From: an uncultured delta proteobacterium
GTDB lineage: Bacteria; Myxococcota_A; Polyangia; Polyangiales; JAFGIB01
DNA length: 64,000 nucleotides
Direction of reading: 5' to 3'
Assembly (NCBI GenBank): GCA_963778655.1
Contig: CAVZVA010000009.1
Span: forward strand, 1,216,001-1,280,000
Shown: positions 1-8,429 of the stretch, in pieces
Numbering within the stretch: the stretch's first letter is position 1
How the letters are laid out: each line of letters opens with the position of its first letter
The notes under the pieces: generated by a model
The model's input: only the letters and a program-made list of their open reading frames with translations
The model's database searches: none
What the model was told of the DNA's origin: nothing
Position numbers and translations under genes: made by a program

Positions 1-314
1 ATTACTTCAAGCCCGGCATCAGCTACGATTTCATCCGCAGCGCGTTCGGCCAGCTCGCGGGCGCGCGCGTGGACTTCGTGTGGAGCCGGGCGACATCGTT
101 CATCCAGAGCTGGGGCAACGCGCCCGACCTTGGTGTCGAGATCGACGGCAGCCTGTACTTTCGCAGCGAGGACGGCCCGGACCGCGATGACGGCTTTCAC
201 GCGATGCTACAGTACGGCGTGCTGTTTCCGATGCGCGGCCTGAACACCCTGCAGGAGACCACCAACCTCGGCACGGCGCAGACGCTGCGCCTGGTGCTGG
301 GCGTGGCCTTCTGA
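1..314 (+). CDS. 3' end of outer-membrane beta-barrel protein (TIGR04551-like), truncated by window edge
   Basis: Frame is open from base 3 (YFKPGISYDFIRS...). Alternating beta-strand pattern and C-terminal Phe (LRLVLGVAF), typical of a BAM signal. Confidence 0.6.
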   Translation, partial: YFKPGISYDFIRSAFGQLAGARVDFVWSRATSFIQSWGNAPDLGVEIDGSLYFRSEDGPDRDDGFHAMLQYGVLFPMRGLNTLQETTNLGTAQTLRLVLGVAF

Positions 315-417
315 CTCGGGTTGCGGTCCCGACCCGCAACGCGCGCGAAACTGGCCGCCTGCGGGTCTCGGCCGCGTGCGCCTTGCAACTCGCCGCGCGG
401 CCGGCCGATAACCGGGC

Positions 418-1800
418 ATGGCTCGCAACGACAAGCTGACCTACGAGTGCAACGCCTGCGGCGCCCAGAGCCCCAAGTGGCTGGGGCGCTGCCCGGAATG
501 CGGGGCGTGGAGCACGCTGGTCGAGGCGCGCGCGCGTCCTGCGCAGGCGCGGCGCGCCTCCGCGGGGCGGGCGCCACTCGAGCTCGACGCGGTGCTGGCC
601 GAGCAGTCGCCGCGGCTGCAGACCGGCATCGGCGAGCTCGACCGCGTGCTCGGCGGCGGGCTGGTGTCCGGCGCGGTGGTGCTGCTCGGCGGCGATCCCG
701 GCATCGGCAAGAGCACGCTCCTGATGCAAACCGTGATCGCGATGGCGCGGCGAGAGCTGCCGGTGCTGTACGTCACCGGCGAGGAATCGGCGTCGCAGGT
801 GGCGCTGCGCGCGCGCAGGTTGCGCCCCGCCCAGCCGGACCCGTCCGCGGGCGGCGCGAAAGGCGCGCTGCTGCTGGCGACCACCGAGCTCGCCGACGTG
901 CAGGCGGCGCTGGAGCAGCAGCGCTACGCCCTGGTCGTGATCGATTCGATCCAGACCCTGCGCAGCGGCGAGCTGCAGTCGCCGCCGGGAAGCGTGGGGC
1001 AGCTGCGCGAGGTGGCCTCGCAGCTCACCGACCTGGCCAAGCAGGGCGGGGCGGCCATGGTCCTGATCGGGCACGTGACCAAGGACGGCACGCTGGCCGG
1101 GCCCAAGACGCTCGAGCATCTGGTGGACGTGGTGCTCTCGTTCGAAGGCGACAGCACCCAGGCCTACCGCATCGTGCGCGGGCAAAAGAACCGCTTCGGC
1201 CCCACCCATGAGGTGGGCGTGTTCGAGATGGTTGACGCCGGCCTGCGCGAGATCGCGGATCCGAGCGCGCTGTTCCTCTCGGAGCGTCCCGAGCGCGCGG
1301 CCGGATTGGCCGTGGTGCCGACCGCCGAGGGCAGCCGGCCGATGCTGCTCGAGGTGCAGGCGCTGGTGGCGCCCGCGCAGTACGGCGCCCCGCGTCGCGT
1401 GGTCACGGGTCTGGACGCCAGCCGGCTGGCGGTGCTGCTGGCAGTGCTGCAGCGCAAGGCCGGCGTGCAGGTGCTGGACCACGACGTCTTCGCCGGCGTC
1501 GCGGGCGGGGCGCGCGTCGAGGAGCCGGCGATGGACCTGGCGTTGTGCGCCGCGATCGTCTCCGCGCTGCGCGAGCGGCCGCTCGCACCTTCGCTGCTCG
1601 CGTTCGGCGAGGTGGGCCTGACCGGCGAGCTGCGCGCGGTGCCGCGCGCCGCCGTGCGCGTCGCGGAGGCGCGCAAGCTCGGCTTCACCCGCCTGGTGCT
1701 GCCCAAGGCCAGCGCCGAGCGGCTGAGCGCCAGCGAGCGCGCGGGGGTCGAGCTGCTGCCGGCGAGCAGCCTGGAGCAGGCGCTCGGCTTGATGTTTTAG
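418..1800 (+). CDS. radA: DNA repair protein RadA/Sms
   Basis: N-terminal CxxC..CxxC zinc finger, Walker A GDPGIGKST, KNRFG motif, Lon-like C-terminus (GEVGLTGE). Confidence 0.97.
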   Translation: MARNDKLTYECNACGAQSPKWLGRCPECGAWSTLVEARARPAQARRASAGRAPLELDAVLAEQSPRLQTGIGELDRVLGGGLVSGAVVLLGGDPGIGKSTLLMQTVIAMARRELPVLYVTGEESASQVALRARRLRPAQPDPSAGGAKGALLLATTELADVQAALEQQRYALVVIDSIQTLRSGELQSPPGSVGQLREVASQLTDLAKQGGAAMVLIGHVTKDGTLAGPKTLEHLVDVVLSFEGDSTQAYRIVRGQKNRFGPTHEVGVFEMVDAGLREIADPSALFLSERPERAAGLAVVPTAEGSRPMLLEVQALVAPAQYGAPRRVVTGLDASRLAVLLAVLQRKAGVQVLDHDVFAGVAGGARVEEPAMDLALCAAIVSALRERPLAPSLLAFGEVGLTGELRAVPRAAVRVAEARKLGFTRLVLPKASAERLSASERAGVELLPASSLEQALGLMF

Positions 1801-1882
1801 GTAACCGGGAGGGGCACGCGCCCCGCTCGCCCGTTGAGCAAGGCGTTGCGCGCGCTCGCCGCTGCCCCATTGGGCGGCCGAA

Positions 1883-3802
1883 TCAGGGCTGCTTGGCGCG
1901 GTCTTCCGGCGCGCGCTTGGCCGCGCGGCTCGGGCGCGCGTCGTAGGGGCGCAGCAACGGCGGCACCGCGCGCTCGCCGGCCTCGTGGCGTACGCGCAGG
2001 CAGTCGTTGCGCAGCAGGCGCTTGGGCCCGTTGACCGTGCCGCGGTTGTTGTCGGAGTCCATCAGCAGCGTGGGGATGTCGGCGCCGACGTTGTCCGGGT
2101 GCAACGGCTGATTGAGCAGCACGTGGCCGAGCTCGTGGGCCATGGTCCAGGCCGTCTCCCGCTGGCGCAAGCCGTTGCGGTCGAGCAGCACGGCGTTGGT
2201 GATCGGGCCCACGCTGGCCGCGATGAAGGCTTCGCCCTGCCGGGTACCGTGGGTGAAGCGGTTGATGATGAACAGATCGATGCTGCTCGGATCGTCGTCG
2301 GCCAGCGCCTTGATCAGCGTGCGCTCTTCCAGGGTGCCGCCTTGGGCCGTCATGTTGTCGAACTCCTCGAGGCCGTCGCCGAGGTCGACGCGTCCGACGC
2401 TGATCGACTGCTGTTTGTCGGTCGTCAGCGGGACTCCCTCGATCGGATCGATCTGCACAAATCCTCCGTCGCGCCGGCGGATCAGCAGATCCGCGCTCGC
2501 GCCCGCGCCGAACACCGCGGGCGGGTTGAGCGTGACCACGGCGGTAAAGCCCGCGCCCCGCACCACCCGCGCGATGCGCAGCGCGGTGTCCTGCGCAGGC
2601 GCGCCGGCCGGCACCTCGATCGGGCCGATGTTCTGGCCGTCCACGCGGAAGCGCACGCTGCCGCCGCGTGCAGGCAGGCCGTCGCCGTCGGCGACCGACA
2701 GCAGTGTGCCGCCGGGCGGGTCCACGATCTCGATCGAGGTCTCCGAGGGTGGGCCGAAGGTGATGTCGCACTGCAACCAGATCTCGTTGGCCAGCGCCAG
2801 CTCCTCGCGCACGATGCGCAGCGCGGACATGTCGTCGACGCCGATCACCGGCGGGCCGCCGGGGTACGCGCGCAGCACGACCACGCGCAGCATGGCCTCG
2901 CGGGCCGCCCGCGGCGCGTCCTCATCGCCCGGCCGGCCGACGCGCAGGCTCTGGCGCACCTCGCCGAGCGGCGTCTGGTACACGATGCGCACCTGGTCTC
3001 GCAGCGCAACCTGCAGAACTTGGCCGGCAACGCCGCGCGCGAGCAGGTCGACCTGGTCGCCCACCAGCCGCACGAAGCGCGACCGGAACGGCTGGCCCAC
3101 CTCCGGACGCACCAGGCTCAGGTCCACCGAGTCGCGCACGTGCTTGCCGTCGGCGCTCACCGCCTCGAGCCGCGCCGCCAGGCGCTTGCCCTGGGCGGAG
3201 GCATCCAGCACCTGCACGCGGATGTTCTCCGGGTCGGGGCTGACTGCCTCGTAGTCATTGCCGCGCGGCAGCGAGCGGTCGTTGGTCACGCGATGCGAGA
3301 GGCCGACCGCGTCGCGGGCGGCGCTGAGGCGGCGGTTGTTGCCGTCGAGCAGCGCGAGATCAACCGTCTGCACAGCAAGGCGGAAGGTCTGCTCGCCCTG
3401 GGTCGCCAGCAAGGCAGCCGGATGGCCGGCCAGCGAAGGTCGCGTGGCCTGCAGGGAGAGCGGCGTCGGCAGCTCGTCGGCGGAGAGCGTGAAGGGCGTC
3501 GCCAGCGGCTTGCCCATGCGCAGCACCCGAATGCCGCCGAGGGTGGAGATGCGCACGCCGCCGCCGGCGCCGGGCTGGATCACCACCTCGGCCAAATCGT
3601 CGGTCGGAACCCGCTCCGCCTGTCGGTTGTCGACCACACCGTCGTCGTCGTCGTCGTCGTCGTCGACCGCCAGCAGCAAGGGACGTGAGGTGTCGAGCAC
3701 GGCGTTGGGGGCGGCGGGCTCGGCCGCTGCCGGCGCGCGCACCAGCAGCCAGAGGGCCAGCGGCCAGCAGGCGGCGCGCCGCAGGCGGCGCGGCAGAGTC
3801 AG
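1883..3802 (-). CDS. Secreted putative zinc metallopeptidase (metzincin-like) with acidic Asp-run
   Basis: AHELGHVLLNQPLH followed by a possible Met-turn (LLM), and VDDDDDDDDGVVD. A signal-peptide-like stretch (LPRRLRRAACWPLALWLLV) extends upstream of the GTG at 3742 to a CTG overlapping the gmk stop. The start is inferred. Confidence 0.6.
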   Translation of the reverse strand: MTLPRRLRRAACWPLALWLLVRAPAAAEPAAPNAVLDTSRPLLLAVDDDDDDDDGVVDNRQAERVPTDDLAEVVIQPGAGGGVRISTLGGIRVLRMGKPLATPFTLSADELPTPLSLQATRPSLAGHPAALLATQGEQTFRLAVQTVDLALLDGNNRRLSAARDAVGLSHRVTNDRSLPRGNDYEAVSPDPENIRVQVLDASAQGKRLAARLEAVSADGKHVRDSVDLSLVRPEVGQPFRSRFVRLVGDQVDLLARGVAGQVLQVALRDQVRIVYQTPLGEVRQSLRVGRPGDEDAPRAAREAMLRVVVLRAYPGGPPVIGVDDMSALRIVREELALANEIWLQCDITFGPPSETSIEIVDPPGGTLLSVADGDGLPARGGSVRFRVDGQNIGPIEVPAGAPAQDTALRIARVVRGAGFTAVVTLNPPAVFGAGASADLLIRRRDGGFVQIDPIEGVPLTTDKQQSISVGRVDLGDGLEEFDNMTAQGGTLEERTLIKALADDDPSSIDLFIINRFTHGTRQGEAFIAASVGPITNAVLLDRNGLRQRETAWTMAHELGHVLLNQPLHPDNVGADIPTLLMDSDNNRGTVNGPKRLLRNDCLRVRHEAGERAVPPLLRPYDARPSRAAKRAPEDRAKQP

Positions 3803-4431
3803 CTCCGTTCGGCGTCGCGCGTGCGTAGCAACAGCTCCTCGGCCGCCATGGCCATGCGCGCCTTGCGCGAGCTCTCGGCCAGCACGATGCTGCGCAGCCG
3901 CTGCTTGGCGTCGTCGAGCCCATCATTGACGATCACGTAGTCGAACAGCCCGTAGTGCTCGATCTCGCGCTTGGCGTTGCGAAACCTGCGCTCGATGGTG
4001 GCCTCGTCGTCGGCGGCGCGCTTGCGCAGGCGCTGCTTGAGCGCCTCCATCGAGGGCGGCAGCACGAACACCCCCACGGCCTCAGGCCGTCGCGCCTTGA
4101 TCTGGCGCGCGCCCTGGTAGTCAATGTCGAACAGGATACCGCGCTTGCCCAGGCTGCGGCAGCGCTCGATCTCACTGAGCGCGGTGCCGTAGAGGTTGCC
4201 GTGCACCTCGGCCCACTCGGCAAAGGCTCCTTCGGCGATCAGGCGCTCGAAAGCGGCCAGGTCCGTGAAGTGGTAGTCGTGGCCGTCGACCTCGTTCGGA
4301 CGCGGCTTGCGCGTGGTATGCGAGACCGAGAACATCAGGCTCGGAAAGGTCTCCAGCAGGTCGCGCGTGAGGGTGGTCTTTCCGGCGCCGGACGGAGAGG
4401 AGATGATCAGTAGCAGCAGGTCGTCGCCCAC
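3799..4431 (-). CDS. gmk: Guanylate kinase
   Basis: SPSGAGKTT, SHTTRKPRPNEVDG..Y, EWAEVHGNLYGT, DIDYQGA. Confidence 0.97.
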   Translation of the reverse strand: MGDDLLLLIISSPSGAGKTTLTRDLLETFPSLMFSVSHTTRKPRPNEVDGHDYHFTDLAAFERLIAEGAFAEWAEVHGNLYGTALSEIERCRSLGKRGILFDIDYQGARQIKARRPEAVGVFVLPPSMEALKQRLRKRAADDEATIERRFRNAKREIEHYGLFDYVIVNDGLDDAKQRLRSIVLAESSRKARMAMAAEELLLRTRDAERS

Positions 4432-4504
4432 AATTTCGAGCTTACACCAACTCAGGTGCGAATCGATCGACGCGCCACGCCCCGCGGCGCGCTTCCGGTC
4501 CGGC

Positions 4505-5380
4505 TCAGAGCACGTTCTGTGCTTGCTCGCGCATGCGCTCGAGCTCCGTCTTGAGGTCGAGGACGTGGGCGGTGACGTCCAGGTCGCCCACCTTGGAGCC
4601 CAGGGTGTTCACCTCGCGGCCCATCTCCTGCAACAGGAACTCGAGCCGCCTGCCGATCGGCTCCTGCTCTTGCTCCAGCAGCGCCCCGAACTGCGCGCAG
4701 TGGCTGCGGAGGCGGATCACCTCCTCGCTGACGTCGCCGCGATCCGCGAGCAGCGCCACCTCTTGCTCCACCCGTGCGGGATCGAGCGTGGCGGCGGTGC
4801 CTTCGAGCAGGGTCGCGATACGCGCGCGCAGGCGGTCGCGGTGCGCGTCGCGCAGCCCCTCGATGCGCGTATCGACCTGGTCGCACAGCGCCGAGATCCT
4901 CAGCAGGTGCGCGCGCAGGTCTGCCGCCAGGGCCTCGCCTTCGGCGCGGCGCATGGTGGCGAGCGACCGGCAGGCATCGTCGGTCGCGTGCTGCAGCGCG
5001 TCGCGCAGCATCTCGCGGTCGGTCAGGGCCGGCTCCCGAAACAGCCCAGGAACCACCGCGAGCAACGACAGCGGTACCGGTTCTTGCAGACCGAGCTCGG
5101 CGCGCAGGCCGTCGAGGGAGGCCAGCGCGGCCCGCGCGCGCTCGCGATCGAGCACGGGCGCGCCCGAAAGGGCCCCCTCGACGCGTGCGCTGAGCTCGAT
5201 CCGGCCCCGCACGAGTTGCGTTCGCGCAACACGATCGACCACGCCCGCGTGGTCCGCCAGCAGGGCCGGCAGGTGCACCCGCACGTCAAGAAAGCGGTGG
5301 TTGAGCGCGCGCGCCTCGACCACCAGCGACGCGGCCGCGAGCGGCGCGCTGCCGGTGCCGTATCCCGTCATGCTGAGCAT
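4505..5380 (-). CDS. yicC: YicC/YloC family endoribonuclease
   Basis: MLSMTGYG start, NHRFLD, GRRLEFLLQEMGREVNTLGSK, REQAQN. Adjacent to gmk. Confidence 0.95.
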   Translation of the reverse strand: MLSMTGYGTGSAPLAAASLVVEARALNHRFLDVRVHLPALLADHAGVVDRVARTQLVRGRIELSARVEGALSGAPVLDRERARAALASLDGLRAELGLQEPVPLSLLAVVPGLFREPALTDREMLRDALQHATDDACRSLATMRRAEGEALAADLRAHLLRISALCDQVDTRIEGLRDAHRDRLRARIATLLEGTAATLDPARVEQEVALLADRGDVSEEVIRLRSHCAQFGALLEQEQEPIGRRLEFLLQEMGREVNTLGSKVGDLDVTAHVLDLKTELERMREQAQNVL

Positions 5381-5520
5381 GCCGCCGCAGCATGCCACCG
5401 TCGCCTCGCGATCGGGCTGCGAAATTTTTCGGCCCGGAAGGCAGGCTGGGACTACGGACTCGCTGGGCTTTCCCCGCCTTCTGACGTTGCTTGGATCGGG
5501 GAGGGGAGCTCGGACACCCG

Positions 5521-6033
5521 CTAGCTGAGCTTCCGCTTCTGCTTGATCTGCTCCATCACCCGCGCGTACTCGATCTCGAAGTCGGACGTGCCTTCCTGCA
5601 GATTTTTGATCTTCGAGCGAACCTCGCGATCGAGGTCGTTCTCCACGTCCATGTGCTTGCGCAGGATCGGGGTGACCTTCTTTCGCAGCTCCGCGTCGTC
5701 GGCGTAGATCTCGGCGATGTTGGCGCTGTGAAACAGGATATTGAGGATCTGCTCCAGCAGGTACGGCAGGATGTCGTCCTGGGTCGGGCCCCCGCGCTCC
5801 TTGGCCACCTGGGTCTTGACCCGTCCAAGGTTGCTGTAGCCGAGGCCGCGGATCTCCATCCGATTCTTGGCTTCCTCGACGATCTCCTTGTCGAGCCGCA
5901 GGTACTCCTTGAGCACTGCTTCGATGTCCAGCCTGGCTTCGTTCTCGTCCTCGAGGTCGATGTCCCCAGCCTGCTTCAGGGTCTTCAGGATCTCCTCGGA
6001 GATGGTTTCGACTTTGCCTCGATATAGCCGCAT
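5521..6033 (-). CDS. DUF507-like family protein
   Basis: MRLYRGKV... start, all-helical and charged; C-terminal REVRSKIKNLQEGTSDFEIEY resembles DUF507. Confidence 0.75.
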   Translation of the reverse strand: MRLYRGKVETISEEILKTLKQAGDIDLEDENEARLDIEAVLKEYLRLDKEIVEEAKNRMEIRGLGYSNLGRVKTQVAKERGGPTQDDILPYLLEQILNILFHSANIAEIYADDAELRKKVTPILRKHMDVENDLDREVRSKIKNLQEGTSDFEIEYARVMEQIKQKRKLS

Positions 6034-6239
6034 GTCTCGACCGCCGCCTGAAGGGGGTCGAACGCTACTGCCGCCAAGGCCACCCGTCAATGGAAAGGAC
6101 TTGAAAGCGACCGGCGGCGGACCCCAGCGCGCGCCGGATTGAGCTGCAAAGCCGGTCGCAATCCGCGCGCGATTGGTGTATCGAACACATCCGCTTCGCC
6201 GCACAGGGGTGCTCGAAGTGCGCGGGGAGAGGGGGGAAG

Positions 6240-6992
6240 ATGAACGGTAATTTGGACAAGGGGCGTCCTGCAGCAGGCGCAGGACATCGGCTTGGCCGCC
6301 AGCAACAGCGCGGCGAGCTACTGCGCGCGGCGCTGGGTCGTTGCGCGCCGTTTGCTGCCTTGAACGAGAGCCTGTTCGAGGGGCTGATCAAGCTCTGCGT
6401 ACTGCTGGTCTTTCCGCGCCGCGCGCTGCTGTTCGAGCAGGGCGGCGCGGCCGACAGCGTGTACGTGGTGGCGTCGGGACGCGTGCGCGTCGTTCGCGGC
6501 GAGCGCGAGAGTCGAACGCTGACCGTGGCCTACAGGCTGCCCGGCGAGCTCCTGGGTGAGACCGCGCTGCCGGGCGTGGACAGCTACAGGGCAACCGCGA
6601 GCGCGACCGAAGCGGTCGACGCCGTGAAGATACCGCTGCGTGCGGTGCAGGCGCTGCTGGCCGAGAGCCCCGCGTTCTCGCAGCGCATGCTGGCGCTGAT
6701 GGTGGAGCGCAGGCTGGAGGCCGAACGCCGGGTCGAGAGCTTGTTGTCGCGCAGCGTGGAGTCACGCGTGGCAGAGTTCCTGCTGGACGCTGCGGACCGC
6801 AACGGGGTGCCCGACGCGCGCGGCGTGCTGATCGGTGTGCGCTACACGCATCAGGAGATCGCGGACTACGTCGGCTCCACCCGCGAGACCGTCACGCTGA
6901 CGCTGGGGGAGCTGCGGCGCCAGGAGCTGCTGAGCTTCGATCACAGGCGGATCGTGATTACCCAGCCCGAGACCTTGGCCAAGCTGGTGTAG
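6240..6992 (+). CDS. Crp/Fnr family transcriptional regulator
   Basis: cNMP-binding fold (GELLGE...YRATA) and HTH THQEIADYVGSTRETVT. Confidence 0.92.
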   Translation: MNGNLDKGRPAAGAGHRLGRQQQRGELLRAALGRCAPFAALNESLFEGLIKLCVLLVFPRRALLFEQGGAADSVYVVASGRVRVVRGERESRTLTVAYRLPGELLGETALPGVDSYRATASATEAVDAVKIPLRAVQALLAESPAFSQRMLALMVERRLEAERRVESLLSRSVESRVAEFLLDAADRNGVPDARGVLIGVRYTHQEIADYVGSTRETVTLTLGELRRQELLSFDHRRIVITQPETLAKLV

Positions 6993-7029
6993 CCCGGCTG
7001 GAAAGGCTCGTGCGGCGCTTCGACGAGAT

Positions 7030-7100
7030 TCACAGGAAGACCGCAACTCGGGAAAAGAGACCTGCGGTATCTGGGCTTCCCGCCTTCCCGTTGGTTTCTT
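7030..7100. repeat. Degenerate intergenic palindromic repeat (CACAGGAAG...CTTCCCGCCTTCCCG)
   Basis: Shares ends with the element at 24106-24200. Lies between convergent genes. Confidence 0.4.
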
Positions 7101-7114
7101 GGGACGGGTGCTGG

Positions 7115-7576
7115 CTACCGTGGCAAATCGTCGCGGTCCTGGATCGCCGCCAGCAGCTCGGCCTCGGCGCACAGCACGTCGCCGACCATGGCAGTGCCCT
7201 GGCACTTCCAGATGTTGGATCGGCGCTGCGCCACCTCGACACCGATCAGCACCTGGTCGCCGGGTGTGATCGGGTGGCGAAACTTCGCCTTGTCGATCCC
7301 CGCGAACACGAACATCTGCAGGTTCGGGTCGATCGCCTCGGAGGCGTACGCCAGCACGCACATCAGTTGGGCCATCGCCTCCAGACACAGCACGGCGGGG
7401 AAGATCGGTGCCCCCGGGAAGTGCCCCGGAAAGAACGGCTCGTTGTAGGTCACGCACTTGACCGCACGCGCCGATTTGCGCGGTTCGAGGTCGAGGATGC
7501 GATCGATGAGCAGGAAGGGCGAGCGGTGGGGCAGAATGCGTAGGATCTTGGTGATATCCAAGCTCACGGCGATCAC
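7115..7576 (-). CDS. fabZ: 3-hydroxyacyl-ACP dehydratase FabZ
   Basis: LPHRSPFLLIDRI, NEPFFPGHFPG, EAMAQ, KFRHPITPGD. Confidence 0.95.
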   Translation of the reverse strand: MIAVSLDITKILRILPHRSPFLLIDRILDLEPRKSARAVKCVTYNEPFFPGHFPGAPIFPAVLCLEAMAQLMCVLAYASEAIDPNLQMFVFAGIDKAKFRHPITPGDQVLIGVEVAQRRSNIWKCQGTAMVGDVLCAEAELLAAIQDRDDLPR

Positions 7577-7594
7577 CGCACCTGCGTGAAGACG

Positions 7595-8191
7595 TTACTT
7601 GCCACCCTTGGTCGCCTTGGGGCTCTTGGCCGGCTTCGTGCTGGTCTGGGACGCCTCGCCCTTGCCCTCGCCCGCATTATAGCGCTGGATCAACACATCG
7701 GTCAGGTCGTAAGTCGACGGAACGTAGACGACGCCGGCTTCGTTGCGCTCGAGGATCAGCGAATAGCCCTCGGCCTGGCCGATGTGGCGCATGATGCGCT
7801 GCATCCTGTCCATGATCGGCTTGGTGAGCTCACCTTCCTTGGCGGCGAGCTCGCGCTGGAATTCGACGTAGGTGCTCTGCAGCTCGCCGAATGCCTTCTG
7901 ATACTCCTCGAGCTTCTTGGCCAGCACCTCGCGGGAGAGCACGTCGCGCTGCTTTTCGACGTTCTCCTTGAGTGTCTTGATGTCGTCCTGCTGCTTGTCC
8001 AGCGTCTTCTGGCGTTGGTCGAACAGCTTCTTGAGCAGGTCCTTCGCCTTGCGTCCATCTTCGGTCTCGGCGAGCGCGCGCTGCATGTCCACCACCCCGA
8101 TCTTGGTCTGCGCTGCAACCGGGTGGGCGTGGCTCACCGTGAACAGAACGGCCGCGAGCACGAGCGAGATTCTTCCGCTGGTCATCCGCAT
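7595..8191 (-). CDS. skp: OmpH/Skp periplasmic chaperone
   Basis: Signal peptide, KIGVVDMQRAL, long coiled coil, DLTDVLI. Downstream of bamA. Confidence 0.92.
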   Translation of the reverse strand: MRMTSGRISLVLAAVLFTVSHAHPVAAQTKIGVVDMQRALAETEDGRKAKDLLKKLFDQRQKTLDKQQDDIKTLKENVEKQRDVLSREVLAKKLEEYQKAFGELQSTYVEFQRELAAKEGELTKPIMDRMQRIMRHIGQAEGYSLILERNEAGVVYVPSTYDLTDVLIQRYNAGEGKGEASQTSTKPAKSPKATKGGK

Positions 8192-8429
8192 TCCTTTCGT
8201 GGCGGCTAGCTAGCAACCAAGGCCGCGTAGCGTCAAGCGCCCGCGGTTGGACGGCCGAGCCCGCTCGTGCTTCAGCTCGGTCCAGCGAAATGCAATGCTT
8301 TCGCCTAGATACGCTCGTTTTCGGGGCGCTCGGGCAAACCCGCGGCAAAAAACGCGTCCCCGGCCCGGCTCCCGCCGGGCGCTCCGGGGGGCGGGGCTCG
8401 CCTGGGTCGAGCACCCGCAAGCGCCGCGC

